Assembly: GCA_947457195.1 (NCBI GenBank)
Contig: CANGUU010000007.1
Span: 2,967-66,966, forward strand
Source of the DNA: Gammaproteobacteria bacterium
GTDB lineage: Bacteria > Pseudomonadota > Gammaproteobacteria > Pseudomonadales > Pseudohongiellaceae
Reading direction: 5' to 3'
DNA length: 64,000 bases
Every line of letters starts with the position of its first letter. Within the stretch, counting starts at the first letter, position 1. The translations under genes and the position numbers were made by a program. The notes under the pieces were generated by a model. That model was not told the DNA's origin. It ran no database searches and worked only from the letters and a program-made list of their open reading frames with translations. Shown piece by piece: positions 24,982 through 35,043 of the stretch.

Positions 24982-26534
24982 TGCGCGGCTGGCGGCGGCT
25001 TGTCTGCGCCACGGCAGCGCTGCGTTGCGTGCGGCCGGGCTGGCTGCTGCGCGCGGTCCGTGCGCCGAGCGGGCGACCTTCGGCCCGGGTGCTGGCGCTG
25101 ACGGCCTTGCTGTTACTGGCCGGCGGTGGCCTTGCCTTTACCACCGACGGTGATCGCTGGCTCACCGGCTCGACCACGATTTCCATTGGGTTGCCGGGAC
25201 GCTCGGTGGGAGGGGTGTCGTGGGGTGATGTGCTGGAGGAGGTGGCAACCGAGTGGACCAGCAAGACCAGCTTCCGCTTCGTGACCGACCGCAGCTACCG
25301 CAATCCCTGCACCGGCTATACGGCATCGACGTCCGGCACCGGCTTTCCGCGCGGCAACGGCGACGGCAGGAACGGCATAGACTTTCGCCCCAACGTCTGC
25401 GGTAACCGCTTCGGGGACACAACCCTGGCGATCACACTATCGCTGTTCAACAACACCCCGCTCGGGTTCAGTGAAATCATCGAGTCCGACATCGTCTTCA
25501 ACAGCGAGATCAATTGGGATGTGTATGACGGACCACGCCGCAGCAGCGTGGACTTCCGCCGCACGGCCCTGCACGAACTCGGGCACGTGCTCGGCCTGCA
25601 ACACGAGGAACGGGAGCCGGCCATCATGGCGCCGCGCATCAGCAACATCGACCGGCTGCAGGCCGACGACATCAGCGGTGCCAACAAACTGTACGGAGGC
25701 CCGGCCAACTGCGAGATCAGCGACCTCGGTCTCAACCGGCTGGTGCGCAACAGTCTGGGGCCTGGCGATTGCCGCATACTCGATCTGTTCCGCGGCGGTA
25801 ACGACACCAGCTTCGTCGACACCTACCGGCTGCGGCTCAGCCAGACCACACGCCTGCAGCTTTCCATGCGCTCCAGCCAGCTCGACAGCGTGTTGGTGCT
25901 CACCGACAGCAGGCTGCGCAGTCTCGACATCTTCGACGATACGGCAGGCCTCTGCGACGTGGCGGCGCTGGTGACCCTGCCGGCCGGCGAGTACCTGCTG
26001 CTGGCCAACACCTATGTGACTCCTGCCAAGTGTGCCGGCAACGTCGGTCCGTACACGTTGGCCGTCACCGAAACTGCCCAGCCCGTACTCGGCGACGTAC
26101 TGAATCTGGCTGCGGCGGCGCCGGCCGCGACGCTGATCACCGGCGGCGCCTCTGCCGACGGCGGGCTGACCTACCGCCGTTCCTTTGCTGCGACCGAGTC
26201 CTTCGACGTGCTGGCGCGCCTCGGCATCGACCCTGCCCACGTGGGGCAGGAAGGCCATCTGCTGGTGCTGGTCCGCCTGGCCAACGGTAGCCAGTTCGCA
26301 GTGGCCGGCAGCGGGCGCTTCCTGCCCTTCGATGGCAGCGCGTCCCGCCTGCCGCCCTTCCGCAGCGGCCGTTTGCAGGCGCTGGAGATCCTCGACATCG
26401 CCCGCGGCGTACAGGGGCGGGCGGCCGGACTGGCCGGTCAGCAGCTGCAGGTTTACGTGGGCTATGCGCTGGCGAGCCAGCCGGAAGCCGTGCATTTCGG
26501 TGGCCAGCCGATCGCGCTATCGATCGCGCCGTAA
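24981..26534 (+). CDS. Secreted matrixin-family (M10-like) zinc metalloprotease with PPC-like C-terminal domains
   Basis: The zinc motif is HELGHVLGLQHE (HExxHxxGxxH), with a Met-turn candidate at AIMAP. The C-terminal regions resemble pre-peptidase C-terminal beta-sandwich domains (CRILDLFRGG...YRLRLSQTTRLQLSM...AGEYLLLANTY). Confidence 0.8.
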   Translation: MRGWRRLVCATAALRCVRPGWLLRAVRAPSGRPSARVLALTALLLLAGGGLAFTTDGDRWLTGSTTISIGLPGRSVGGVSWGDVLEEVATEWTSKTSFRFVTDRSYRNPCTGYTASTSGTGFPRGNGDGRNGIDFRPNVCGNRFGDTTLAITLSLFNNTPLGFSEIIESDIVFNSEINWDVYDGPRRSSVDFRRTALHELGHVLGLQHEEREPAIMAPRISNIDRLQADDISGANKLYGGPANCEISDLGLNRLVRNSLGPGDCRILDLFRGGNDTSFVDTYRLRLSQTTRLQLSMRSSQLDSVLVLTDSRLRSLDIFDDTAGLCDVAALVTLPAGEYLLLANTYVTPAKCAGNVGPYTLAVTETAQPVLGDVLNLAAAAPAATLITGGASADGGLTYRRSFAATESFDVLARLGIDPAHVGQEGHLLVLVRLANGSQFAVAGSGRFLPFDGSASRLPPFRSGRLQALEILDIARGVQGRAAGLAGQQLQVYVGYALASQPEAVHFGGQPIALSIAP

Positions 26535-26625
26535 GGGCGCCGACCGGTGGTCGTTCGTGTTCCTGCCGGGGGTAATTCCGCCTATAATCCGCGCCGTTTT
26601 TGACTTCAACCCCGAGGTATTTGCC

Positions 26626-27069
26626 GTGTCCGTCACCCTCAAGTCCCTGCTTGCCTTGTCGCTGTCTGCCCTCTGCGTGGCGCTGATCGCCACGCCTGCC
26701 GGCGCCGCCGTGAAGGACGAGATCGCGGCCCGCCTGCAGCCTGCCGGTGTTTCCTGCGTGTTCGGTGAACCCTGCGCCGCCGGCCTGAAGGTGCCAGGCG
26801 CCGAGAATCTGGCACCGCGTTCGGGTGAAGAGGTCTACGGCACGTTCTGTCAGGCCTGCCATGCCAGCGGCGCCAACAACGCACCGCTGTTTGCCAACGT
26901 CGACGCCTGGGCGCCGCGGATTGCCAAGGGCATCGACGCGCTCTACGACAGCGGCATCAACGGCTTCAACAACGGCGCCATGCCGGTGCGCGGCACCTGC
27001 GTGAACTGCAGCGACGACGAAATCAAGGCAGCGGTCGACCACATGGTGGCTGCCGCCGAGCCGAAGTAA
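26626..27069 (+). CDS. Cytochrome c5-family monohaem c-type cytochrome
   Basis: GTG 26626 is preceded by GAGGT. A signal peptide is present. The haem motif is CQACH, and the C-terminus GAMPVRGTCVNCSDDEIKAAVDHM is typical of c5. Confidence 0.8.
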   Translation: MSVTLKSLLALSLSALCVALIATPAGAAVKDEIAARLQPAGVSCVFGEPCAAGLKVPGAENLAPRSGEEVYGTFCQACHASGANNAPLFANVDAWAPRIAKGIDALYDSGINGFNNGAMPVRGTCVNCSDDEIKAAVDHMVAAAEPK

Positions 27070-27143
27070 GCGGGCAGGGCGGCTCGACGCGCCACACAGC
27101 GCCCGGCCCACGCCGGTATCCCGGACCGGGATCCCCAGTGTCC

Positions 27144-29159
27144 TCAGTCAAACAGACTCTTCATGCGCGCCAGCGCCTGCTTGCCGCGCGCTTTCACCTG
27201 CTCGGGGCTGCGGTCGCCACCGCGGCCTTCCCAGGCCAGCAGCTCCTGCGGCAGTTCGTCGAGAAAGCGACTGGCCGTGGTTTCCAGCCACTCGCCGTAC
27301 TGCTTGCGCTGCCGCGCCAGCGTGAACGTCAGTGAGCGCTGCGCGCGCGTGATGCCTACGTAGGCCAGCCGCCGCTCTTCCTCCACGCTGCCGCCGTCCA
27401 TGCTGTTGCGGTGCGGCAGCAGTTCCTCCTCCATGCCCATGATGAATACCACCGGGAATTCCAGGCCCTTGGCGGCGTGCAGCGTCATCAGCTGCACCCG
27501 GTTGGTTTCCTCCTCCTGCTCCTGCTGCTCCAGCAGGTCGCGCAGGATGAGTTTGTTGATGGCCGCTTCGAGGCTGTCGTCTTCGTCGTTGCCGCGCGCT
27601 TTCTCGATGCTGCGTTGCAGAGAGTCGAGCAGGGTCTGTACGTTGCCCTGCGCGCGTTCGGCGGCGGCCGGCGTGCTCGCCTGCTGCCGCAGCCAGTCGT
27701 CGTAGTGGATGTCGTCGAGCAACTCGCGTACCACAGTCAGTCCGTCGCCCCGTTCCATCAGTTCGCGCTTCTGGTTCATCCAGCCACCGAATTCCTGCAG
27801 CTTGTCGCGCTGGTTGTCGGCGAGCTGGCCGGCGAGGCCGAGGTGGGTGCAGGCCGCCAGCAGGCTGACCCCGGCAGTGTTGGCGTAGCGGCCGAGCGCC
27901 TCCAGCAGGCTCGGGCCGATCTTGCGACGCGGGGTGTTCACGCAGCGCAGGAAGGCGTTGTCGTCGTCGGGATTGATGAGCAGCTTCAGGTAGGCCATCA
28001 AGTCCTTGATCTCCACCCGCGAAAAAAACGACGTGCCGCCCGTCAGCACGTAGGGCACCTGGTGCGCCTGCAGCTGGATTTCCAGCAGCCTTGCCTGGTG
28101 GTTGCCGCGGTACAGCACGGCGAAGTCGCGGAAGCGCAGATTGGCGTGCGCCGCCATCAGCAGGATTTCGCTGGCGATGCGTTCTACCTCCGCCTCGTCG
28201 TTGGCGGTCGCCAGCACGCGGATGGGGTCGCCCTGGCCGTATTCGCTCCACAGGCTTTTTTCGAACACGTGCGGATTGTTGGCGATGAGGGCGTTGGCGG
28301 CGGTGAGGATGGTGTTGGTGGAGCGGTAGTTCTGCTCCAGCTTGATCACCTGCAGATTGGGGTAGTCCTGCTGCAGCAGGGCCATGTTTTCCGGCTTGGC
28401 GCCGCGCCAGGAATAGATCGACTGGTCGTCGTCGCCCACCACGGTCAAGCAGCCGCGCCCGCCGATCAGCAGCTTCACGAAGTGGTACTGCATGTTGTTG
28501 GTGTCCTGGTATTCGTCCACCAGCAGGTAGCGGATCTGGCGCCGCCATTTGTCCAGCACCGCCGGGTTCTGCTCGAACAGCTGCGTGGGCAGCATGATGA
28601 GGTCGTCGAAGTCCACGGCATTGAAGGCGCGCAGGCTGCGCTGGTAGTCCTCGTAGACGCGCGCGGCCAGCATTTCGTCGGGCGTGCTGGCGGCGGCCTG
28701 CGCCTGCGCCGGCGTGAGGAACTGGTTCTTGAACGTGGAGATCAGTGCGGCGAGTCGCTGCAGCTGGTCTTCCGCGCTGGCCAGGTCCTTGAGCAGCAGC
28801 TCCTTGAGCAGCGACAGGCAGTCGGTGTCGTCGAAGATGCTGAAGCTGCTCTTCAGCCCGAGGTGGCCGCATTCCCGGCGGATGATCTGCAGGCCGAGGT
28901 GGTGGAACGTGGAGATCACCAGGCCCTTGGCGCTCTGGCCCTGCAGCAGCTGGCTCACGCGCTCGCGCATTTCACGGGCGGCCTTGTTGGTGAAGGTGAG
29001 GGCAGCGATGTGCTGGGGCTGGTAGCCGCACTCGCCGATCAGGTAGGCGATCTTGCGGGTGATGACGCTGGTCTTGCCGGAGCCGGCGCCGGCCAGCACC
29101 AGCAGGGGGCCATCGAGATAGCGGACGGCGCTGAGCTGGCGGGCATTGAGCGGTTTCAT
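27144..29159 (-). CDS. rep: ATP-dependent DNA helicase Rep (UvrD/Rep superfamily 1)
   Basis: The start is at ATG 29159 (MKPLNARQLSAV). Motifs are AGAGSGKTSV, VDEYQDTN and TLHAAKGLEFPVVF. At 671 aa the size fits Rep. Confidence 0.88.
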   Translation of the reverse strand: MKPLNARQLSAVRYLDGPLLVLAGAGSGKTSVITRKIAYLIGECGYQPQHIAALTFTNKAAREMRERVSQLLQGQSAKGLVISTFHHLGLQIIRRECGHLGLKSSFSIFDDTDCLSLLKELLLKDLASAEDQLQRLAALISTFKNQFLTPAQAQAAASTPDEMLAARVYEDYQRSLRAFNAVDFDDLIMLPTQLFEQNPAVLDKWRRQIRYLLVDEYQDTNNMQYHFVKLLIGGRGCLTVVGDDDQSIYSWRGAKPENMALLQQDYPNLQVIKLEQNYRSTNTILTAANALIANNPHVFEKSLWSEYGQGDPIRVLATANDEAEVERIASEILLMAAHANLRFRDFAVLYRGNHQARLLEIQLQAHQVPYVLTGGTSFFSRVEIKDLMAYLKLLINPDDDNAFLRCVNTPRRKIGPSLLEALGRYANTAGVSLLAACTHLGLAGQLADNQRDKLQEFGGWMNQKRELMERGDGLTVVRELLDDIHYDDWLRQQASTPAAAERAQGNVQTLLDSLQRSIEKARGNDEDDSLEAAINKLILRDLLEQQEQEEETNRVQLMTLHAAKGLEFPVVFIMGMEEELLPHRNSMDGGSVEEERRLAYVGITRAQRSLTFTLARQRKQYGEWLETTASRFLDELPQELLAWEGRGGDRSPEQVKARGKQALARMKSLFD

Positions 29160-29350
29160 GCGGAGGGTACGGCGGCGGGCGGTGGGCGCGGGATGATAGC
29201 CGGGTTGCTCGGCTGGTGTCAGGGCTGGTTGGGGCCGGCCGCGCTGGCGGAAGCCGGGTACACGGTGGTCGAGCTGGCATAAAAACAGTGGCAGCCCGGG
29301 TGACGGTGGTCTATTACCAAGGCACGGGGACTTGCTCACAGGGAGGTGGC

Positions 29351-30883
29351 GTGGCTCTCGCTCTGGTCTACTCGCGCGCCACGCTCGGCATCGACGCACC
29401 CTTGGTCACGGTTGAAGTCCATCTCAGCGGCGGCTTGCCGAACTTCACCATCGTGGGGCTGCCCGAGGCCGGCGTGCGGGAAAGCCGCGAGCGGGTCCGC
29501 AGCGCCATCCTCAACGCCCAGCTGGATTTTCCGCAGCAGCGCATCACCATCAACCTGGCGCCGGCCGACCTGCCGAAGACCGGCGGGCGCTTCGACCTCG
29601 CCATTGCCGTGGGCATTCTGGCGGCGTCACGGCAGCTCGGCGGGGAGCGCCTGGCACGACTGGTGTTCGTCGGCGAGCTGGCGCTCGGTGGCGAAGTGCG
29701 CGGCGTGAGCGGACTGCTGCCGGGCCTGCTCGCCAACCGGCGCGAAGGGTTTGCCAGCGTGGTGCCGGCCGACAACGCTGAGGAAGCCGGGTTGCTGGCA
29801 GGCAGCGATGTGCATCTGTGCCGGCACCTGCTGGAGGTGCTGGCTTTTCTGCAGGGCTCGGCGGCGCTGCCGCGGCCGGGGGTGACTGCGCCGCAGCCAG
29901 CCGCTGCCGGGCCCGATCTCGACGACGTGGTGGGGCAGGAGGTGGCCAAGCGGGCGCTGCTGGTGGCGGCGGCAGGCGGCCACAACCTGCTGCTCCGCGG
30001 GCCACCAGGGACCGGCAAGACCATGCTGGCGAGCCGTCTGCCTTCGCTGCTGCCCCCGCTGGCGGCCGAGCAGGCGCTGGAGGTGGCGGCCATCCATTCG
30101 CTGGCGCCACACAAGGGCAGGCGCGAGCAGTGGTGGCAGGCGCCCTTTCGTGCCCCGCACCACACCAGCACGGCCGTGGCCCTAGCCGGTGGCGGCAGCA
30201 CCTTGCAGCCCGGCGAACTCAGTCTGGCGCACCGCGGTGTGCTGTTTCTGGACGAGTTGCCGGAGTTCAGCCCGCGGGCGCTGGAGGTGCTGCGCGAGCC
30301 GCTGGAAACCGGCTGCATCCAGATTGCGCGGGCCCGCTACCAGGTGCGCTTGCCGGCGCGCCTGCTGTTGGTGGCCGCCATGAATCTCTGTCCCTGCGGG
30401 CGGCTTGGCGGTGCCGCCGACAATCGCTGTACCTGTGCACCGGACCGCGTGCGGCAGTATCAGCAGCGGGTATCCGGGCCCTTGCTCGATCGCCTGGATC
30501 TGCATGTGAACGTACCGCCGATGGCCGAGGCCGACCGCCAGCTGCTGCTGCAGTCATCGCGTGGCGGTGGTCCCGGCAGCACCGCGCTGCGGGCGCAGGT
30601 AGTGGCCTGTCGGGCGCGGCAGCTGGCGCGCGCCGGCCGGCTGAATGCGGAGTTGGCGCCGGCCGACCTGCAGGCGCACTGTGAACTGCCGGCCGCCGAG
30701 CAGCGTCTGCTTGCCACCGCGATGCAGCGACTGCAGCTCAGCACCCGCGCCGTGCTGCGGGTGCTGCGCATCGCCCGCACCATCGCCGATCTGGCGCTGG
30801 CCGACGAGATAAGCGCGGGTCATCTGCTGGAAGCGGTCAACTACCGCCGTGGCGACACCGCCGCCGTGGCGCCGCCGGCCTGA
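29351..30883 (+). CDS. comM: YifB/ComM-family Mg-chelatase-like AAA+ ATPase
   Basis: GTG 29351 follows GGGAGG. The N-terminus is ALALVYSRATLGIDAPLVTVEVHLSGGLPNFTIVGLPE. Walker A is GPPGTGKT and Walker B is VLFLDELPEF. Confidence 0.9.
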   Translation: MALALVYSRATLGIDAPLVTVEVHLSGGLPNFTIVGLPEAGVRESRERVRSAILNAQLDFPQQRITINLAPADLPKTGGRFDLAIAVGILAASRQLGGERLARLVFVGELALGGEVRGVSGLLPGLLANRREGFASVVPADNAEEAGLLAGSDVHLCRHLLEVLAFLQGSAALPRPGVTAPQPAAAGPDLDDVVGQEVAKRALLVAAAGGHNLLLRGPPGTGKTMLASRLPSLLPPLAAEQALEVAAIHSLAPHKGRREQWWQAPFRAPHHTSTAVALAGGGSTLQPGELSLAHRGVLFLDELPEFSPRALEVLREPLETGCIQIARARYQVRLPARLLLVAAMNLCPCGRLGGAADNRCTCAPDRVRQYQQRVSGPLLDRLDLHVNVPPMAEADRQLLLQSSRGGGPGSTALRAQVVACRARQLARAGRLNAELAPADLQAHCELPAAEQRLLATAMQRLQLSTRAVLRVLRIARTIADLALADEISAGHLLEAVNYRRGDTAAVAPPA

Positions 30884-31618
<735 letters not shown>

Positions 31619-31625
31619 ACCACAC

Positions 31626-31646
31626 GCGGCGCCGCCAAGGCGCCGC
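31626..31646 (+). terminator. GC hairpin 8 nt after the glnB stop (weak terminator candidate)
   Basis: gcggcgcc-gccaa-ggcgccgc forms a perfect 8-bp stem. No T-tract follows, so confidence is low. Confidence 0.3.
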
Positions 31647-31692
31647 TCTGCACTAGCCGTTGCTGCTTTCAGGGTCCCGCGCGCGATCCTTT

Positions 31693-31756
31693 CCTCTCCG
31701 CCTCTCCGCCTCTCCGCCTCTCCGCCTCTCCGCCTCTCCGCCTCTCCGCCTCTCCG
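31693..31756. repeat. Perfect 8-copy tandem octanucleotide repeat (CCTCTCCG)8
   Basis: Counted directly. It lies in the 195-bp spacer between the convergent 3' ends of glnB and rsmE. Confidence 0.95.
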
Positions 31757-31813
31757 TCCCGTCTCTGCACCACTCGGTCATCGCCCACTTCCGCGTTTTC
31801 CAGGCCGGCAGCG

Positions 31814-32536
31814 TCAGTTTCCCCAGAGATACTGCAGCACCGCCAGTGCAGCGAGTGGTGCGGTCTCCGTGCGCAGCACGCGGGGGCCGAGCGCGAGTCC
31901 GCCGAAGCCGGCCACCTTGGCAGCAGCGATCTCGGCGGGTGCCAGTCCACCCTCCGGGCCGATGAGCAGGCAGACGCCGCCCTCGGGCCGGGTGCCACCC
32001 AGCGTGCCCTGCTCTTCATGGTCGAGCACGAAGCGGCGCGCGCCCGGCGCAGAGCCGAGCCACGCGTCGAGCGCCGTGGGCGGCAGCAGCAGCGGAATGC
32101 GCGCGCGGCCGCACTGTTCGCAGGCGCTGATCGCCACCTGCCGCCAATGCGCGGAGCGCTTGTCGCTGCGCTCACCCTGCAGCTTCACTTCGCAGCGCTC
32201 GGTGAAGAGCGGCGCGATCACGCTTACGCCGAGTTCCGTGCTCTTCTGGATGGCAAAGTCCATGCGCTCCCCGCGCGAAATGCCGAGGCCCAGCACCGTG
32301 TGCAGCGGCGATTCCGTGGCCACCGTGCGACCAGCACCTAGCTGCAGCTGCACGTCGTACTTGCCAACGCGGGTCACCTCCGCGTCGTAGTCGGCCCCGT
32401 CACCGTTGAACAGCCACACGCGGTCGCCGGCTCCAAGCCGCAGCACATGGGCCAGGTAATGGGCGCTCTGGCCCTGCAGTTCGGCCTGCCCGCCGGTCTG
32501 CAGGGGCTGTTCGGTGAAGAGACGGGACTGACGCAT
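31814..32536 (-). CDS. rsmE: 16S rRNA (uracil1498-N3)-methyltransferase
   Basis: 240 aa. Motifs are MRQSRLFTEQPL...AHYLAHVLRLGAGDRVWLFNGDG and the C-terminal LIGPEGGLAPAEI...LGPRVLRTETA. Confidence 0.88.
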   Translation of the reverse strand: MRQSRLFTEQPLQTGGQAELQGQSAHYLAHVLRLGAGDRVWLFNGDGADYDAEVTRVGKYDVQLQLGAGRTVATESPLHTVLGLGISRGERMDFAIQKSTELGVSVIAPLFTERCEVKLQGERSDKRSAHWRQVAISACEQCGRARIPLLLPPTALDAWLGSAPGARRFVLDHEEQGTLGGTRPEGGVCLLIGPEGGLAPAEIAAAKVAGFGGLALGPRVLRTETAPLAALAVLQYLWGN

Positions 32537-32688
32537 GCGGTGGATGCTCGGGTGGCGTTGGCGGCTGGGCGCGGGCGGCGAGGCTCGCGGCAGGGACGGC
32601 GGGCATTATCGCCAAAATGCGCGGCGTTCTTGCAGCTGTCACCGGAGCGCTGTCGTAACATCGTCCAGTGGTCGTGAGGCAGAGAGAG

Positions 32689-33909
32689 ATGACACTTCCG
32701 GTTTTGATCAATGGCGGCGGCATGGTGGGGCTGGCGCTGGCGCTGGCGCTGGCCGAAGCCGGTATCGGCGTGCATTTGCTCGAGGGTCAGGCGGCGCCGC
32801 TACCGCCCGGGCACTGGCAGGCGCTGCGGGCGCAGGCCGACTTCGATACCCGCGTTAGTGCCATCACGCTCGCCACCGAACGCCTGCTGCGCCGGCTCGG
32901 CGTGTGGGAGCCACTGCTGGCGCTGCGCACGAGTCCTTACCGCGACATGCGGGTGTGGGACGCCGACGGTACCGGCCACATTCACTTTGCCGCCGAAGAA
33001 GTGCAGTGCGAGGCGCTCGGCCACATCGTCGAAAATCGCCTGCTGTGCAGCGTGCTGGCCGCCTCGCTCGCCACCCATCCGCTGGCCCGCTGCGACTTTG
33101 GTCGCGGTCTGCACAGCGCCGAGCGCAGCGCCGCAGGAGACTGGAACGTGGTCTGCGACGACGGCACCGTGTTTAAGGCGCGTCTGCTGCTTGGTGCCGA
33201 CGGTGCCAGCTCGGTGGTGCGCGAGCTGGCTGGCGTTCCGACGCGCCGCTGGAGCTACCAGCAGCGGGCGCTGGTGTGCACGCTGCGTTCGACGCGTCCG
33301 CATGCCGGCACAGCCTTCCAGCGCTTCCTGCCGAGCGGGCCGCTGGCCCTGCTGCCGCTCTGCCTGCCAGGGGCCGAGACCCAGTGCTACAGCTCGCTGG
33401 TGTGGAGCTGCGACACGGCGCTCGCCGACGAACTGCTCGGCCTGCCGGAGCCGGCATTCCTGCAGCAGCTCACCCACGCCAGCGAGGGCGTGCTTGGCGA
33501 GATCGAGAGCGCCACCGCACGCAGCGCTCTCACGCTGCAGCAGCAGCACGCCGTGGACTACGTGCAGCCGGGGCTGGCGCTGATAGGCGATGCAGCCCAT
33601 ACCATCCACCCGCTGGCCGGGCAGGGCGTGAACCTCGGCTTCGCCGACGTGGAAAGTCTGGTGGCGGTGCTGGTGGTGGCAGAGCGCCGCGGCGAAGCGC
33701 TCGCCAGCCTGCCGGTGCTCACGCGCTACCAGCGTCAGCGCAAGGGCCCCAATCTCGGCATGATGCTGGCCATGGAAGCTTTCAAGCGCAGCTTCGGCAG
33801 CGACGCGCTGACCGTGCGCTGGCTGCGCAACGCAGGCCTGCGGCTGGCGGCGGGCTCGCTGCCGCTGAAGCGGGCTCTGATCCGCCAAGCCATGGGCTTG
33901 TCGGGCTAA
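32689..33909 (+). CDS. UbiH/UbiF/VisC/COQ6-family FAD-dependent ubiquinone biosynthesis hydroxylase
   Basis: The dinucleotide motif is INGGGMVGLALALALA. Further motifs are LLLGADGASSVVR and GDAAHTIHPLAGQGVNLG. Confidence 0.85.
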   Translation: MTLPVLINGGGMVGLALALALAEAGIGVHLLEGQAAPLPPGHWQALRAQADFDTRVSAITLATERLLRRLGVWEPLLALRTSPYRDMRVWDADGTGHIHFAAEEVQCEALGHIVENRLLCSVLAASLATHPLARCDFGRGLHSAERSAAGDWNVVCDDGTVFKARLLLGADGASSVVRELAGVPTRRWSYQQRALVCTLRSTRPHAGTAFQRFLPSGPLALLPLCLPGAETQCYSSLVWSCDTALADELLGLPEPAFLQQLTHASEGVLGEIESATARSALTLQQQHAVDYVQPGLALIGDAAHTIHPLAGQGVNLGFADVESLVAVLVVAERRGEALASLPVLTRYQRQRKGPNLGMMLAMEAFKRSFGSDALTVRWLRNAGLRLAAGSLPLKRALIRQAMGLSG

Positions 33910-33951
33910 TTGAGAATAATTATCATCCGCACCCCGCTGCGGAGTTTTCCC

Positions 33952-35043
33952 ATGCCCAAGAGTCTGCCCGCCCTGCTGTTGTTGCTGCCCCTGCTGCTGG
34001 TCGCCTGCAGCGCCGAGGAGGGGTCGGCCCCGGCCGCCGCTGCAGACTCGACCGTGGCTGCCCGGGCAGCGCACGAGGCCGCGCCTACCAGCACCGCCGC
34101 CGAGCCGGCTGGCCCGCTGGTGGTCTACTCTTCGCGCCAGGAATATCTGCTGAAGCCGATCTTCGACCGCTTCACCGCCGAGACCGGTATAGAGGTGCAG
34201 CTGCAGACCGGTGAAGAAGGTCCCCTGATCGCCCGTTTGCAGGCCGAAGGCGAGGGGACCTTTGCGGACATCCTGTACACGGTCGATGCCGGCAACCTGT
34301 GGTCGGCGGCCGAAAAAGGCCTGCTGGCGCCCACCGACTCGCCGGTGCTGGAGGAGAAGATCCCTGCGCAGCTGCGCGATCCGCAGAAGCGCTGGTTCGG
34401 GCTATCCGTGCGGGCCCGTACCCTCGTCTACTCCACCGAGCGGGTCAAACCGGAGGAGCTGTCGAGCTACGAGGCGCTCGCCGACCCGCGCTGGCGCGGG
34501 CGGCTCTGCCTGCGCACATCCAAGAAGGTCTACAACATGTCGCTGGTGGCCACGCTCATCGATCGGCTCGGCGAGGCCAGCACCGAGCAGATCGTGCGCG
34601 GCTGGGTGGCCAACCTTGCCACCCGCGTGATGAGCAGCGACAACCTCGTCATCGAGGCCATCGCCGCTGGCCAGTGCGATGTCGGCATAGTCAACACTTA
34701 CTATCTGGGGCAGGAGCAGCAGAAGAACCCGGCGATACCCGTGGCGCTGTTCTGGGCCAACCAGGCCGAAAGCGGGGTGCACGTCAACGTGTCGGGCGCC
34801 GGCATCACCCGCTACGCCAAGCACCCTGCTGCCGCCCAGCGCCTGCTCGAATGGCTAGCGTCCGATGCCCCGCAGCGGCTGTTCTCCGAGCTCAACCTTG
34901 AATACCCGGCCAACCCGGCCGTGGCGCCGGTCGACCTGGTGGCCAGCTGGGGCAGCTTCACGGCGGATCCCATCAACGTCGAGGTGGCGGGCCGCCTGCA
35001 GGCCGCCGCTGTGATGTTGATGGACCGGGCCGACTACCGCTGA
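33952..35043 (+). CDS. Fe(3+)-type ABC transporter periplasmic substrate-binding lipoprotein
   Basis: The lipobox is LLLVAC. The family-1 solute-binding style is LVVYSSRQEYLLKPIFDRFTAETGIEVQ and ...GIVNTYYLG. Iron specificity is inferred from resemblance to the FbpA/AfuA style only. Confidence 0.75.
   Translation: MPKSLPALLLLLPLLLVACSAEEGSAPAAAADSTVAARAAHEAAPTSTAAEPAGPLVVYSSRQEYLLKPIFDRFTAETGIEVQLQTGEEGPLIARLQAEGEGTFADILYTVDAGNLWSAAEKGLLAPTDSPVLEEKIPAQLRDPQKRWFGLSVRARTLVYSTERVKPEELSSYEALADPRWRGRLCLRTSKKVYNMSLVATLIDRLGEASTEQIVRGWVANLATRVMSSDNLVIEAIAAGQCDVGIVNTYYLGQEQQKNPAIPVALFWANQAESGVHVNVSGAGITRYAKHPAAAQRLLEWLASDAPQRLFSELNLEYPANPAVAPVDLVASWGSFTADPINVEVAGRLQAAAVMLMDRADYR

Noticed and set aside
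26185-27069. The full 294-aa ORF as the cytochrome gene.
   Set aside because: The first 147 codons overlap the matrixin gene's 3' end in another frame and are Arg/Ala-rich. A GTG at 26626 with a GAGGT RBS begins a clean signal peptide, so the shorter CDS was chosen.
31693-31756. The octanucleotide array, and the GQQ-coding repeats at 54235-54415, considered as possible CRISPR or other interspersed repeat arrays.
   Set aside because: The units are contiguous with no spacers. They are far too short for CRISPR repeats and no cas genes are present.
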